A stretch of DNA of 64,000 nucleotides from a virus, in IMG/VR virus record IMGVR_UViG_3300022752_000024, positions 32,001 to 96,000 of that record. One strand, written 5' to 3'. Numbering within the stretch: the stretch's first letter is position 1; the number at the start of each line of letters is the position of its first letter. Below are positions 40,501 to 50,044 of the stretch, piece by piece. Position numbers and translations under genes: made by a program. The notes beneath the pieces were generated by a model that was not told the origin of the DNA, searched no databases, and was given only the letters and a program-made list of their open reading frames with translations.

Positions 40501-41581
40501 TATTTAAAACTATATCCGATTGATTTTCAATTCTATATCCACGAACATATGCAACACCTTTTCCAATTTTAATATTATATTTTGCACTATTGGTGTTATC
40601 TGCTGTAGTTCCTAAAGCAAAATCATTAACAATAAAATCACCATTTGTGTCAAATGTTCTCTTTGCAATATAATCATCAATAGTTGAATATACGGTACTA
40701 TCTACCTGCTTCACAATACTACCAGAATTAATGCGAACTAATTCAATAAATCCGTCATCGTTTCCTAGTTCAAGTGGTAATGTGGTCAATGTTAATATGA
40801 TAGTGTATCTATCAGCACCAGGTGCCTGATAGTTCGATGCGCCAATTGCAGGATCTAATAGAGAAGGATCATCAATATAGTCTGAAACGGTTTCGGTAAT
40901 ATTCAATCCAATACGATATGATGGTGTACTGGTGTATTTGTTTAAAATAATTGTTTGTGGTTGTACTGCAACAAAGTTACCAATGGTATACTTACTATAG
41001 CTACCATCATCATTTTGTGTTTTAGATGTATAATATCCATGTCTTACGTAAAAAACACCATCTGAAATAGATGCAACAGATGAAAGACCGGTACAAGTTG
41101 TCCCACCAGCAGTACCAGAAGTTAGCGCAGTATAGTTGGATCCATCTACTGGAAATATTTGAGTGGCATCACCAAACTGTCCACCAGAGAAGTAAGATAT
41201 AATGAGCGTTGGTGGATCACCGGCACCACCAGAAGAACCTGTTGCTTCGGCAGTTGCAATGACTTTAGCTAAAACTGTTCCTGTTGCGTTTGTAATGATT
41301 CTGTTTTTAAAATCACTTGCAACAACATCTACGCCATTATATTGACTAGTAAGTTTTAAATAATAACATTTCAAATTTACTGTGACTTTACCTCCACTTA
41401 CTGGAGTATTTCCAGCAAAAATATTATCAGCAAAACTAGAAATTTGTCTCTGTAATGAAGTCTGAAGCTGTGTTAGTTCACGAGACTGTACAGCGTATCC
41501 TGGTTTAAATAGAATGCGATGATAATTCTTTGATGGATCAAAATCATCAAAGTATGGTGCACCAGTAAAAGATATAGCCAT
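34595..41581 (-). CDS. Very large baseplate/virion structural protein (DUF4815-like)
   Basis: 2328 aa; PYFDDFD...ILFKPGYAVQSRELTQLQ, APGADR, NRFKNGIVVDNF, DPVAQAF motifs; follows gp8. Confidence 0.82.
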   Translation of the reverse strand: MAISFTGAPYFDDFDPSKNYHRILFKPGYAVQSRELTQLQTSLQRQISSFADNIFAGNTPVSGGKVTVNLKCYYLKLTSQYNGVDVVASDFKNRIITNATGTVLAKVIATAEATGSSGGAGDPPTLIISYFSGGQFGDATQIFPVDGSNYTALTSGTAGGTTCTGLSSVASISDGVFYVRHGYYTSKTQNDDGSYSKYTIGNFVAVQPQTIILNKYTSTPSYRIGLNITETVSDYIDDPSLLDPAIGASNYQAPGADRYTIILTLTTLPLELGNDDGFIELVRINSGSIVKQVDSTVYSTIDDYIAKRTFDTNGDFIVNDFALGTTADNTNSAKYNIKIGKGVAYVRGYRIENQSDIVLNNDRSRATESVNNNSVYTDYGSYFYVDTVKGVFDGTVGQAVDLHLVPVTNIVSTNTTTYNSTLVGKGYIRNLVYDRNLTDANTASYVYRSYVYSITANTLSSNVSSASATNIVFYDTTGQFSATTNAYFGVILTIDSGTGAGYTGTITSYTGSTKTATINPIFPITPDTTSKFSLRFTTKDVETVVSTTPGTYTLVANSNINVTTGKVGGVATGSTILNNPQSPELIYPIGNPYIATISDSSYSSTKTFRNKSFSGSGTVSLALTLPVGIQSLVDFAGGTGTLSTDAIKRNYTVIVTSTTDTANNGTVGSIMDFCTSGNTVTVSSDKNTVTFSSTKYKTPLSVTVISNINITNADDTTAIQRRKTLVTGNTSIVSYAGPSGVINSNTYVDLTNGQVYIKNAGLVGYGQTQSLYVTDVKKIKKIIDTGAPGTVPTTSMLTGASYDITKSFAFNNGQKDTFYDHAFLTLRPNAPKPKGNILVIFDFYSHSAADGYFSGQLYTSESYGEIPTYTATNGNSYNLRDCLDFRPSRKNATATYGLETSADPASSDAGTYIPQDLTNFISNYSFYYGRKDKLVLSKDKNFQIIQGNPATNPIFPTKPDGALEIANLTHDPYTVYLPSEAPQGTSPNLSIEKVRHRRWTMNDITTLQNQVNNIEYYTTLNLLEQNANRLQVADSRGLNRFKNGIVVDNFSSTVVSDTGSPDFNAAIDRVTQQMTSSQSVTSYPLQPVDSVSALGQISTSPSTLGYKVHTIGKSTNIFTLPYSTAGLVEQKLASTTVFANQFTTPVYQGVCSVNPPMDNWVDDTREPNAILVDNTTKVSQTSDSLNTINVNNWQSIPSTLVPTASQVAKTSGTTPTQLQQATQGAYTNLGTSYENINGYIKDASIQPYIRKQSLLIRAKSLKVNTPIKTFFDGISVDNYITNPDIIELTNVTGTFNEDDIVGYKDSSGNFYPIAIVASVQAYAGTSNVRLYVCSQTFSGFRDYTPTIYNAIFDQNGAYVSSTAYGTAGENHPITVNLSGKISAVGGTFTDANTQSLILYRVNSPAWTDFMNKYGVWSNSTSTNPFDVSFTVNFPTAGTYTFNGMFDNIGKIYVDGTQVVNGTAYKTQYTQTKILTAGNHTVRLTANNNKGGTQAKNPSCAAMTITDSAGNMIYNTSQYTETAAPLNSGTAASMVGGGLYYTGATQIVLSTVASANNDFYVGCKISVTSTYINAETLYNFGTRSTDNKLSSTYYNYNAYVGAVPTYLKSQVTNTYTATITAYDGSTKVATLSTPINVSIGDNTLVGGSITSSYSIAGTKDSYKLTLSEGGTAKLSTDEKGAFVGIFDVPEGIFKTGERVFRIDNRTADDTANSATTWAEATFYATGLSSKSLSRNFASSVYAASQTFKQTNAQQNSVTQTQITTESTVLNTLDPVAQAFNINGVDYPNGVFINSVKLFFQNKPTTTDIPITLSVVGTQNGYPNGQTLDHSIVTLHPNKVNVSSTPHYLDSTTWTEFTFEAPIYIQPNNLYAFVLQSASQDYSVYVASKNAIALPSTAKVKPTDVTPTTVTKIGSEPYVGALFESQNAITWTADQTKAMMFVVSRCVFDITKTPKIKFSVPKNLPNRKTAIKGIQGYYSADLSDNVQGVYTKQDVESHAFNISTTDLITTGTNISYSYIPTIKSTLTLGQEKTAIPGKFGCPTFDNIYLNDGYGPRVLQANNSNSFFLYATLSSSSTNISPVLSDDGLTLFNIKWNINNLELSNNNIVLVNGGSGYNANTTSVTISSPDVSGGTQAYAAANISGGVVQSVYLTSSGSGYLSTPTYSIIDANTTPGTGASATGISEYSSSGGNALSAYVTKKTTLATNDSGDLRVFFSAYRPAGTNIYVFYRIQNQNDDQAFENGSWQLMTYLNNTGNMFSSSRTNILEFEAAPGVGNVANNQVAYTSTNETTYTTFNQFAIKIVMTTNDKTAVPFLADMRALALPTGTGF

Positions 41582-41590
41582 TTTTTTTCC

Positions 41591-43003
41591 TTAATAACCT
41601 ATTACTAATTTAAATTGTTCTATGCCGTCAATACTTCTTTGAATTTCTGCTCTGTTGTCTAAGTATATAATGTTTCCAGATAAAGTTGAGAAGTCTGGAG
41701 TATTATATGATAGAAGTGTTCTTGCTGTTTGAGATGAAGCACCATAAACAGACTTATTATTTACTGGAACACCTTTAGTATTTATCACCTTAATTACATT
41801 GCCCGCAGCATCAAAATTAACTACTACTCCAGTAAATGTTGCTGTTTCCAATGATGTACCTTGATATACCACTTCATCTTGCACATAAACACCAAATCCG
41901 GAAGTAGCAATTAAATTTGTTGTTGTTGAGTATATGGCTCCATTAGCAATTAGTGATTTATCTGAATATGGAGGATTAAAAGATATTGCAGTAGGATTAA
42001 TCATTAATCCAATTTGATGATAGTTTATGTCTGTTGATATTACGTCATTTTCAGAACCATCAAACTCTACAGAATACATTACTGTTTGAACACCAAGATC
42101 GTTTGCAAGTTGTTGACCGTGACCACCAATAGGAGACACAGGAGCAACAGCAGTAGCATTAGCACCAAATGATGAAGTGATAGTTACATTGGCATAAGTA
42201 TAATTTTTTCCTGAATTTGTAACAACAATATCAGTTAATACTCCACCACCTGACACGACAGCATAAGCTAAAGCAGATGTTCCTGTTACACCATTTGCAG
42301 CAGTACCATCACCTACAATTTTAATAGTTGGAAGACTATTTGAGCGATATCCTGAACCACCATTGGTAACATTAATAACATCAATATTCCCTACACCAAT
42401 AGTGGAGTTTTTAATATATGGATTTGGAGCTGTTGTACTAATGGGAACAGGAATCCAATTTGAGTCCATAAATTTAATCTTTGAGCCTTGATCGATGGTG
42501 TACAAATATTTCCATTTGTATCCATCTGCATTTTGATATATGTTATTGGTATAGAATACGCCAGGTTCAAAAAATGGTTCATACGTAGAAGGTGCACCAT
42601 TATTGTTCCATAAGCACTTAAATACTTGATCGTAACGATTTCTTACATAGAAGTTATATACTGGATATTGATTAGCATCTTTTGCTAGAATATCAACATC
42701 ATCTCTATAATATGCATAGACTACTCCATTAGTCCAGTCAATTCTACGAGCAACAAGCGAAATATCATTGGATGTGACTTTCTTTACAGCAAAAATACTT
42801 TTCATCACATATTTCAAATATTTTTGATCTTGTGTTGGTTGCGGCGGATTGTCATTATCTGTCCAAGGATCAACTTTAGCTAAAAAAGCATAAATTGATT
42901 CGAGTGGTTGAGCCGCATTTATAAGATACGAGTTTGGAGCAAAGTAGTTTAACTGTGCAGTAATCGTCTTAGCGTAAGTCGTGAGTATATTTTTATTTGC
43001 CAT
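41591..43003 (-). CDS. gp8: Baseplate wedge subunit
   Basis: RRIDWTNG, VFKCLWNN, DGYKWKYLYTI, SPIGGHG, EQFKLVI. Confidence 0.9.
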   Translation of the reverse strand: MANKNILTTYAKTITAQLNYFAPNSYLINAAQPLESIYAFLAKVDPWTDNDNPPQPTQDQKYLKYVMKSIFAVKKVTSNDISLVARRIDWTNGVVYAYYRDDVDILAKDANQYPVYNFYVRNRYDQVFKCLWNNNGAPSTYEPFFEPGVFYTNNIYQNADGYKWKYLYTIDQGSKIKFMDSNWIPVPISTTAPNPYIKNSTIGVGNIDVINVTNGGSGYRSNSLPTIKIVGDGTAANGVTGTSALAYAVVSGGGVLTDIVVTNSGKNYTYANVTITSSFGANATAVAPVSPIGGHGQQLANDLGVQTVMYSVEFDGSENDVISTDINYHQIGLMINPTAISFNPPYSDKSLIANGAIYSTTTNLIATSGFGVYVQDEVVYQGTSLETATFTGVVVNFDAAGNVIKVINTKGVPVNNKSVYGASSQTARTLLSYNTPDFSTLSGNIIYLDNRAEIQRSIDGIEQFKLVIGY

Positions 43004-43007
43004 GTTT

Positions 43008-43015
43008 TATTTATT
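43008..43015 (-). promoter_or_regulatory. Late promoter (AATAAATA) 4 nt before gp8 ATG
   Basis: AATAAATA-AAAC-ATG, no Shine-Dalgarno. Confidence 0.65.
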
Positions 43016-44738
43016 ACTGGTAAATTACAGATACATATGTATTTGCTTGGTCACCACCAATACTAAAATATCTTAGGTATGCTGAATGTAAAGAATTTAA
43101 TGCAAAGAATGTTGCACCAATTGTTGAGTTATTAGCTAAACATCCGTGCGTGATATTATGATTTGAACCAGCACCAGTATCAGTATTTGTCACCCAAACT
43201 TCAACAATTTTACCCGTTTTGAAACCGCTTAGACTAATTGTTGTAGTTGCATTGGTTTTGAAATAATATAATGAATTATTTGCAATATCTATGTTCAGCG
43301 TTGTTGTGATTGCTGATAACACATTGGGAGTTAATACTAATCCTTTTTGTGGATTAACTTCACCAGTGAAAACTACAGAGGTACCGTTAAACTGTGCAAT
43401 ATTAGTTAATGTGTTTGAACCTATTGGTGTGTTCCACATTTCAAGTCTTGTACCACGAGCAGTATCGGTAAAATCTTCAGTTGCAACAATATCTAAACGA
43501 CCAGAACCAAATGGCGCATAACCTGTTGCACCAAAACCGTTTCCGGAGAATCTAGTTAATATATCACCAGCCTTAACACCAGAAGGATTTGCTACGTTAC
43601 CTCTTGCTGAACGACCGGCATATACAACATAGGTATTTGCACCATAAGAATCACCAACAATACGAGATACAACGTTTTGTTTGCCAGAAATATGAATCAT
43701 GTAACCATCGTTTGATGGTACTGCAACTGTAGGTGATGCGGAGATTGTTAGTGCTGATTCTGTGGGCAAGAAGTTTGTATTTTGTAGAACAACTTGTGCA
43801 TTTCCTGTGATGATGCCTGTTACTTTTAGTGTACCTGCAATGTTTGCAGTTCCATTCATTGATGTAGTACCATTAACAATCAGATTACCTGTGGTGATTG
43901 TACCAGTAGTTGATTGAACCCCTGAGGCAATAACATTACCAGTAAAAGTTAAATCACCAGCAAATGTTCCTGTAGTGTTTGCTAGAGCATTATTAGCTTT
44001 ATTAAATGCTGCTTGAGTATTGGTATTTTGTGTTGCATTAATACCTACTTGCAACGCCACATTGGATGATAAATTGGTTGCTACAGTATTTGCTGCATCA
44101 AAAGCAGCTTGAGTATATCCTGATGACGCTGCTGCTGTATTCTGAGAGGTGCCATCATCAAAGAAGATTTTTTTACCATTTACGAATTTCAATCCATCAG
44201 AGGTAATTTTATAGACTATGTTTGCTAAATTAGGTCCACCCACAATAAATTTGACTTCCGTATTTGCTGTAGTAGTACCGACAGTTAAGTTACCGCCAGG
44301 ACCACCAGGTGTACCAATTGCACCACCTTGAACATACAGATAACCATCAAGTGGATAAATTGATGTTCCTAAGTTATTAAATTCAGCTCCGGGTTGAAAA
44401 TCTTTATTAGCAAGACCTAAATCAACAAAATATGTTGAATCTGTTCCTGTATTTGCAGTAACTACAATATCAGCACTACCACCATTGTTCAAATTAACCA
44501 AATTAGTTTGAATATACGATTCGCCAGCTAACGAAAATTGTGCAATAGTATTAGGTAAGCTAACAATATTATTACCAACATTCAATATGTTCTTCGAATA
44601 TAGTTGTTGTGCTAAAGTTGTTGCTGTAAGCTTACCGGTTACTCCTGTAGGTAAATCAACACCTAGAAATAAAGTATTTGATGTATTTGCTGCAATTGAA
44701 GGTAATCCAGGTAATTGTGAAATCTTTACTGTTGACAT
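43014..44738 (-). CDS. Baseplate-associated fibre/structural protein
   Basis: VKISQLP N-terminus; shares the GINATQNT and ADIVVTA...VDLGL modules with the 26468-30748 fibre. Confidence 0.65.
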   Translation of the reverse strand: MSTVKISQLPGLPSIAANTSNTLFLGVDLPTGVTGKLTATTLAQQLYSKNILNVGNNIVSLPNTIAQFSLAGESYIQTNLVNLNNGGSADIVVTANTGTDSTYFVDLGLANKDFQPGAEFNNLGTSIYPLDGYLYVQGGAIGTPGGPGGNLTVGTTTANTEVKFIVGGPNLANIVYKITSDGLKFVNGKKIFFDDGTSQNTAAASSGYTQAAFDAANTVATNLSSNVALQVGINATQNTNTQAAFNKANNALANTTGTFAGDLTFTGNVIASGVQSTTGTITTGNLIVNGTTSMNGTANIAGTLKVTGIITGNAQVVLQNTNFLPTESALTISASPTVAVPSNDGYMIHISGKQNVVSRIVGDSYGANTYVVYAGRSARGNVANPSGVKAGDILTRFSGNGFGATGYAPFGSGRLDIVATEDFTDTARGTRLEMWNTPIGSNTLTNIAQFNGTSVVFTGEVNPQKGLVLTPNVLSAITTTLNIDIANNSLYYFKTNATTTISLSGFKTGKIVEVWVTNTDTGAGSNHNITHGCLANNSTIGATFFALNSLHSAYLRYFSIGGDQANTYVSVIYQ

Positions 44739-44741
44739 TTT

Positions 44742-47561
44742 TTATCCTAATAGAATGATGACGCCATCTTCTGTTGTTATTGTATCACCAGATTCTGTTG
44801 TTAACTCTGGGAAGTATTGTAATCCAATTGGTCCAAAAATCTTAATTTGATTTGCATTATATATTGTCCCACCAGCAAAGAATGTTCTATTGACTGCCAT
44901 TAGTGAGTTTGCATTTGCCGATAGATTTGCTGTCAGCGTAATTATACCTTTTATATAGTCAACGCTTTTTACAGTTTTTGCTGTGTTATTTGCAACAAGA
45001 ACTTGGTCTCCTGCATATACAATATCCATTAGAGGATTTGCAGTATTGCTGTAGATACCATTGTTGATAACATCATATGCACCGGTCAATGATCTTATAT
45101 TTATTGTGTTTGAACCAGTATTTCCTCTTACATAGGCAACATTAGCAAAAGTTAACCATGTGTTTGTTGCTAATGTTACTGTATTCGCTGCTGCATCAAT
45201 AGACACTATAGAAGAAAAAACTTCTTGTCCAGTACTGCCGTTAGTAGGTGTCAATCCAATTGAACTATTTGCAAAAATGAACTGTGCAATATTAACACCA
45301 GAACCTAACTCATTAAATTTGACAATGTTCGTACTCTTAGTGGTAAAATCTGTGGTCATTGTCACATTCGATGCAGCACGACCAGTATAATAATATAAAG
45401 TTTGTCCTTTATTGGTAGAGTTAACAGAGAAAGTATTCGCCAAAGCTTCTGATTTCAATGCAACCCTACCAATTATTTTTGTTCCGGCTGGATGTAACAA
45501 CTTCAATAAGGTGTCTCTATATTTTGCAATTTCTTTTTCTACTGTAACCTGATAGGTGAAGTTATTGTATTTTTCACTCTCTAGTTTTGCATATGAGCTT
45601 GGGTGACCTTGTGTTTTTATCCACTGACCTTGACTAAAACTTAATCCATTTAAGAACGATGCGGTTCCTTTGGCATTACCGTCACCATATACTCTTATTC
45701 CATTATCATTGTATCTTGGATCAGGATTATCAGGTGGATATGGAGCATTGTACATTTTATATGCTACACCAACAGTATCAGATTTTAATGGTAACGCAGT
45801 ATTTGGAGTTGAGTTATAATTAAAAACACGAAGTCTATAATATGGTTCTGCTAAGACAGAAACAGAGTCTACTGTTGCAACATAGGTGGCTACATTTAAA
45901 TTTGCACCTTGATATATGGTATCTAATCTATTTACAGTTGTTGACGACGAAACATTTGATACTACAATGTCTTCGATCTTAAATGATACATTAGGTTTTC
46001 CTATATAGTCTTCACCATAATTAGTAATATTGATTGTAGTAATCGAACCTGCTCTGTCAACAACGACCGAGAATGTTGCTCCATCACCAAGAATTCCAGG
46101 AACATAAACAATAGCATTTGCTGCTTGAGTATTCGCTGAGTTAACCGTGAGTGAAGGTAGACCATCTCTAGTATATCCTAATCCACCTAATGGGTATTTA
46201 AGTAATCCTGGCACATACGAAACTGATGTGATAGCACCTGTTCCAGAAACTGTAATGACATTCGCATAAGCACCATATCCTCTACCGCCAGAAAATACAA
46301 TCTGGTCGTTTGCTTGATATCCTGTACCGCCATTTGTAATTTGAATTGGTGCTAGTATTCCAAGATTTCTTAAATTTCCATACACATTAGGAACATTTGT
46401 TGGATATACTGAGTCTGCGGTTACGACAGGTACTTTGGTAATTCCTCCACCACCATTATCTACAACAACTGATGATATTGGGAAAGTAGAAAATGCTGCA
46501 AAACCAAATGCATTAATTAAGGATGTATTGGCGTTTGCTGATATATTATTTGAAAGAAAACTATAACTGGTGTTTCCAATTGTCGTATATCGTGATAATG
46601 TAATATCATCGGTTATGATAAGATTGGTGTTTGCAATACCATTAGGATCAAAAGAAGCTGCGTGAGCTACAGCATCTGGAGCATTTGTAATAGACAATAT
46701 AGTGTTTGGAATTTCTCTGTATCCATATCCACCATTAACAACATTAATACGTTGAATAGAACCGGAGGTTGTACTTCCAACCTCTGCTTCTGCACCAATA
46801 GGATTTTCAACCTCAGGACTCAGACCACCATAGACAATAACAGGATTGCCTGGTTCATATAAAAGACCTCTATTATTTGGATCAATATTAATTTGATTAA
46901 TTTGACCAACAATTTTTGCTCGTAATGGATTTCCATTAAATAAAATAGGTTGATTGCTATTATCAACGACTCTTACGAATTCTCCTGATTGAAATAGTCG
47001 TTCAATATTAGAAATAAAAACTTCAGTTTTTCCATTAACTTGTAATGTGTTTTCTATTGTCGCAATTGATTGTGATGTTTCTCCGAATAGTCTATAGTTT
47101 GCAGTATTCGCAAAATTTGAATCTAAAGAAGCTAATCTAAGACTTTTTGCGACAAACCATTCACTAGAAGATGCTTTAAATACTGCTTCTTTTGTGTTAA
47201 AAAAATCAAAGTCTGAATTATAAAGAACTCTAAACAAAAATTGATATGAAGCTGGTGTTCCTTTGGTTTCATATAATTGTTTAGCTGCTTTGATTAATTT
47301 TCTTTTATCTGCAAGAGCATCTTCTGGAAAGTTTGGAAGAAAATCGTTGACATAATATTGTATGAATTCGTCACTAGTTTTATCAACGTCTTTATAATTT
47401 AAAAGATTTTTAGTTCTTTCAGTTACTTTTCCATTTTGTTCCATCCACTCATAATATGCTTGAAGAAATTGAACAAATTTAGAGTAATCAGGATTATCCC
47501 GAATGAATTCAGGAAGCTGCGATGGAACTAATAACGATGTTTTGTGATTATTTTCGATCAT
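44742..47561 (-). CDS. gp7: Baseplate wedge initiator (gp7-like)
   Basis: QLPEFIR...FLQAYYEW, YETKGT...FLFRVLY, LLHPAGTK; follows gp6. Confidence 0.8.
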   Translation of the reverse strand: MIENNHKTSLLVPSQLPEFIRDNPDYSKFVQFLQAYYEWMEQNGKVTERTKNLLNYKDVDKTSDEFIQYYVNDFLPNFPEDALADKRKLIKAAKQLYETKGTPASYQFLFRVLYNSDFDFFNTKEAVFKASSSEWFVAKSLRLASLDSNFANTANYRLFGETSQSIATIENTLQVNGKTEVFISNIERLFQSGEFVRVVDNSNQPILFNGNPLRAKIVGQINQINIDPNNRGLLYEPGNPVIVYGGLSPEVENPIGAEAEVGSTTSGSIQRINVVNGGYGYREIPNTILSITNAPDAVAHAASFDPNGIANTNLIITDDITLSRYTTIGNTSYSFLSNNISANANTSLINAFGFAAFSTFPISSVVVDNGGGGITKVPVVTADSVYPTNVPNVYGNLRNLGILAPIQITNGGTGYQANDQIVFSGGRGYGAYANVITVSGTGAITSVSYVPGLLKYPLGGLGYTRDGLPSLTVNSANTQAANAIVYVPGILGDGATFSVVVDRAGSITTINITNYGEDYIGKPNVSFKIEDIVVSNVSSSTTVNRLDTIYQGANLNVATYVATVDSVSVLAEPYYRLRVFNYNSTPNTALPLKSDTVGVAYKMYNAPYPPDNPDPRYNDNGIRVYGDGNAKGTASFLNGLSFSQGQWIKTQGHPSSYAKLESEKYNNFTYQVTVEKEIAKYRDTLLKLLHPAGTKIIGRVALKSEALANTFSVNSTNKGQTLYYYTGRAASNVTMTTDFTTKSTNIVKFNELGSGVNIAQFIFANSSIGLTPTNGSTGQEVFSSIVSIDAAANTVTLATNTWLTFANVAYVRGNTGSNTINIRSLTGAYDVINNGIYSNTANPLMDIVYAGDQVLVANNTAKTVKSVDYIKGIITLTANLSANANSLMAVNRTFFAGGTIYNANQIKIFGPIGLQYFPELTTESGDTITTEDGVIILLG

Positions 47562-49636
47562 GTCTTAGGCGTAACTTTTACCAAAATAGAATTTGGATCG
47601 TAAGGATCAACTGTAATTATTCTATTTAATGATGAAGAAATAATAGTTGTTGTTGGTTTAGCTGAAACTGTAAATTGTCCTAATTCGTTATTTACCGCAA
47701 GAGGATTGAATCCGAGTAGAGTAATCACTCCTTCTTGGTAGTCAATTGTACCCGCATTAGGATTTAAAATTGTTTTTATTTGATTATTATTATAATAATA
47801 TGTTCTTAGTTTTCCATATCTACCTTGCAGAGTTACTATAGCACCAGCACCTTGACCTGTGGTGTCATTAGATTTTGCTGTTACTGTAGCTACTGCTGAT
47901 GTATAGTTATTTCCAGAATTTGTTACAGTAATTGACGCTAGAGTTCCGTTTGGATTAATTTTTGATGTTGCGGTAGCTCCTGAACCATCACCCAAAATTG
48001 TAATTGTTGGAGCAAATTGATATTTGAATCCTGGGTTTATGACCGATACGGATTCAACACCTCCGGTTGATACTGGAACTTCTTCAATATAAACTAAGTC
48101 GATAGTGCTAGTTAAATTAGCAGGATCTCTAAATTTTAAACTCGGAGAACTATTTACTCCACTTAATAGAACTCCTCTCTGTAGAGGTGTTCCATAATAT
48201 AATTTATAATCGCTAGGTGTAAATAAGTCTGGATAAAACTTTTTCTGTACTTGAATATTGATTTCATTTGCGATAATTGATCTATCAACTGCTTGAATTT
48301 TATTAGATAAGTCAGTAGCAGAAAATGTTGAGTTGAAAGAGTTTAGTGTTGTCGCAGAAAAACTTGATATAGCTGATTTTACATACAATTCTATTTGTGA
48401 AGCAGTTGATGTTGTTTTCTTTGGATCATACAAAACATTAGCGTTGATTTGTATATAGGCGTAATCTGGATCAACAATCGCAGGAGCAACCGTAAGAACA
48501 GAAATTGGTTTTAATACTTCATTAGTGATTCTTTGTTTTTGAACATCAGTTAAAGTGTATGCTCCAGCTGGCTTTAATGAAATGAATACTTGTCCATACA
48601 CCGGAGGATCATTTTCTTGTCCTCCCCAAACATTAATAGCATCAAAAGAAATACCTAATTTGTTTTGTTGAATTAGTGTAATATAATCTTCTTTAGATAC
48701 TGCCCGATTTTGTGCAGCATACGATTTTGGTGCTTGAAATTTAATTGAATCTATTGATTCTTTGGCTGCTCCAGTTGTTGCAGGAGATACTGAGTTGATT
48801 GTGGTGTTTGCAAAACCAGAAACTGGATCAAGTAAAACAAAACTATTTGCACTTGATGCCGAAGAACCTTCAGTAGAAATATAGGATACTCTAACAATAT
48901 TACCATCAAATAATGCCTTTCCTAATACTCCATCACCAAAATAGATTTCATAGTTACTATTCAGTCCTTCTTGTAAAAAATAGACTAAACTTGATGAATT
49001 TAGTGCTAAAAAATCTGTAGCGTTATTATAAATCTGTGTAGAAGTATTTGTTCCAGATTGTTGCACCGATACTGTCAATGTTGTGGTATCAATATTCTGA
49101 TCTGGAATTTCAAAAGTTGAACTAGGATTAGATAAAGTATCTACAGTAAAAGAATAATTTAATGGTGTTCCTTGTTTGATCGTAATATTATTAAATGTTG
49201 CTGTGTTATTGATTACATTTACTGTCGTAGAATCTGAAGTAACGAAGTTATAGTTGATTCCATTAATAGCTTCTGACACAAAACTAGTACCTTTAGGTAA
49301 TGTTAGTGCTGAGTCAGTAACTTGATTAACTATTAAATTTATCTTTGCACTTGGCGCAATAGCCGATCTTGGAATATAATTTAATGTTTTTGCTTGAGAT
49401 ACAACAGAACTTCTTTGAAGTGCAGTATCTAAAAACATTTCATTACCAACCATGTTCAAATAGTATGCATTATATTGAGTATTATATGCAAGAACATCAA
49501 GAAGAATAGACATGCCAGAACCGGAAAAATTATAGTCCTTAAATGTGTTCTGACTTCTTAGATAGTTAATTAGACTAGTTTTAACGTCTGCAAAATCTAA
49601 GTCTGCAAACTGAAATTGAGAATTGGCTCCAGCCAT
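47558..49636 (-). CDS. gp6: Baseplate wedge subunit
   Basis: LDFADVK, DYNFSGSGMSILLDVLAYNT, EMFLDTA, YEIYFGDG, AQNRAVSKEDY. Confidence 0.95.
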   Translation of the reverse strand: MAGANSQFQFADLDFADVKTSLINYLRSQNTFKDYNFSGSGMSILLDVLAYNTQYNAYYLNMVGNEMFLDTALQRSSVVSQAKTLNYIPRSAIAPSAKINLIVNQVTDSALTLPKGTSFVSEAINGINYNFVTSDSTTVNVINNTATFNNITIKQGTPLNYSFTVDTLSNPSSTFEIPDQNIDTTTLTVSVQQSGTNTSTQIYNNATDFLALNSSSLVYFLQEGLNSNYEIYFGDGVLGKALFDGNIVRVSYISTEGSSASSANSFVLLDPVSGFANTTINSVSPATTGAAKESIDSIKFQAPKSYAAQNRAVSKEDYITLIQQNKLGISFDAINVWGGQENDPPVYGQVFISLKPAGAYTLTDVQKQRITNEVLKPISVLTVAPAIVDPDYAYIQINANVLYDPKKTTSTASQIELYVKSAISSFSATTLNSFNSTFSATDLSNKIQAVDRSIIANEINIQVQKKFYPDLFTPSDYKLYYGTPLQRGVLLSGVNSSPSLKFRDPANLTSTIDLVYIEEVPVSTGGVESVSVINPGFKYQFAPTITILGDGSGATATSKINPNGTLASITVTNSGNNYTSAVATVTAKSNDTTGQGAGAIVTLQGRYGKLRTYYYNNNQIKTILNPNAGTIDYQEGVITLLGFNPLAVNNELGQFTVSAKPTTTIISSSLNRIITVDPYDPNSILVKVTPKT

Positions 49637-50028
49637 TATCTTGACCTCTCAAGAATTAGGTTAATTGATGTTGGTTCTGTGCTATTGCCGACAAAAAACT
49701 GCAACTCAACATAAAATGCATTTTGATCTTCTATTGACAAAACTTTTACTGAAATTAAATTGACTCTGGGTTCATAGTTTTTTATGACATTTCGTATTTC
49801 TGTCTCTAATGATGATGCAGTAATAGCAGTAGACGGTTCAAAGAGATATCCTTCTACGTTTGAACCTAGCCCTGGTTGAAACAGTCTCTCATAGAAGTTT
49901 GTCAACAACAGATTTCTCATTGATCGAATAACTGCCTGTTCATCATAACTAATAGAAACATCACCTGTAACTGGATTACGGGTAAATGTTAAATCTAAAT
50001 CTGAATAAATTTTTTGTAGTGTAGGCAT
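49636..50028 (-). CDS. gp25: Baseplate wedge subunit (sheath initiator)
   Basis: YSDLDLTF, NLLLTNFYERLFQPGLGS, IKNYEPRV. Confidence 0.95.
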   Translation of the reverse strand: MPTLQKIYSDLDLTFTRNPVTGDVSISYDEQAVIRSMRNLLLTNFYERLFQPGLGSNVEGYLFEPSTAITASSLETEIRNVIKNYEPRVNLISVKVLSIEDQNAFYVELQFFVGNSTEPTSINLILERSR

Positions 50029-50032
50029 CTCT

Positions 50033-50040
50033 TATTTATG
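50033..50040 (-). promoter_or_regulatory. Late promoter (CATAAATA) 4 nt before gp25 ATG
   Basis: CATAAATA-AGAG-ATG. Confidence 0.65.
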
Positions 50041-50044
50041 ACTG

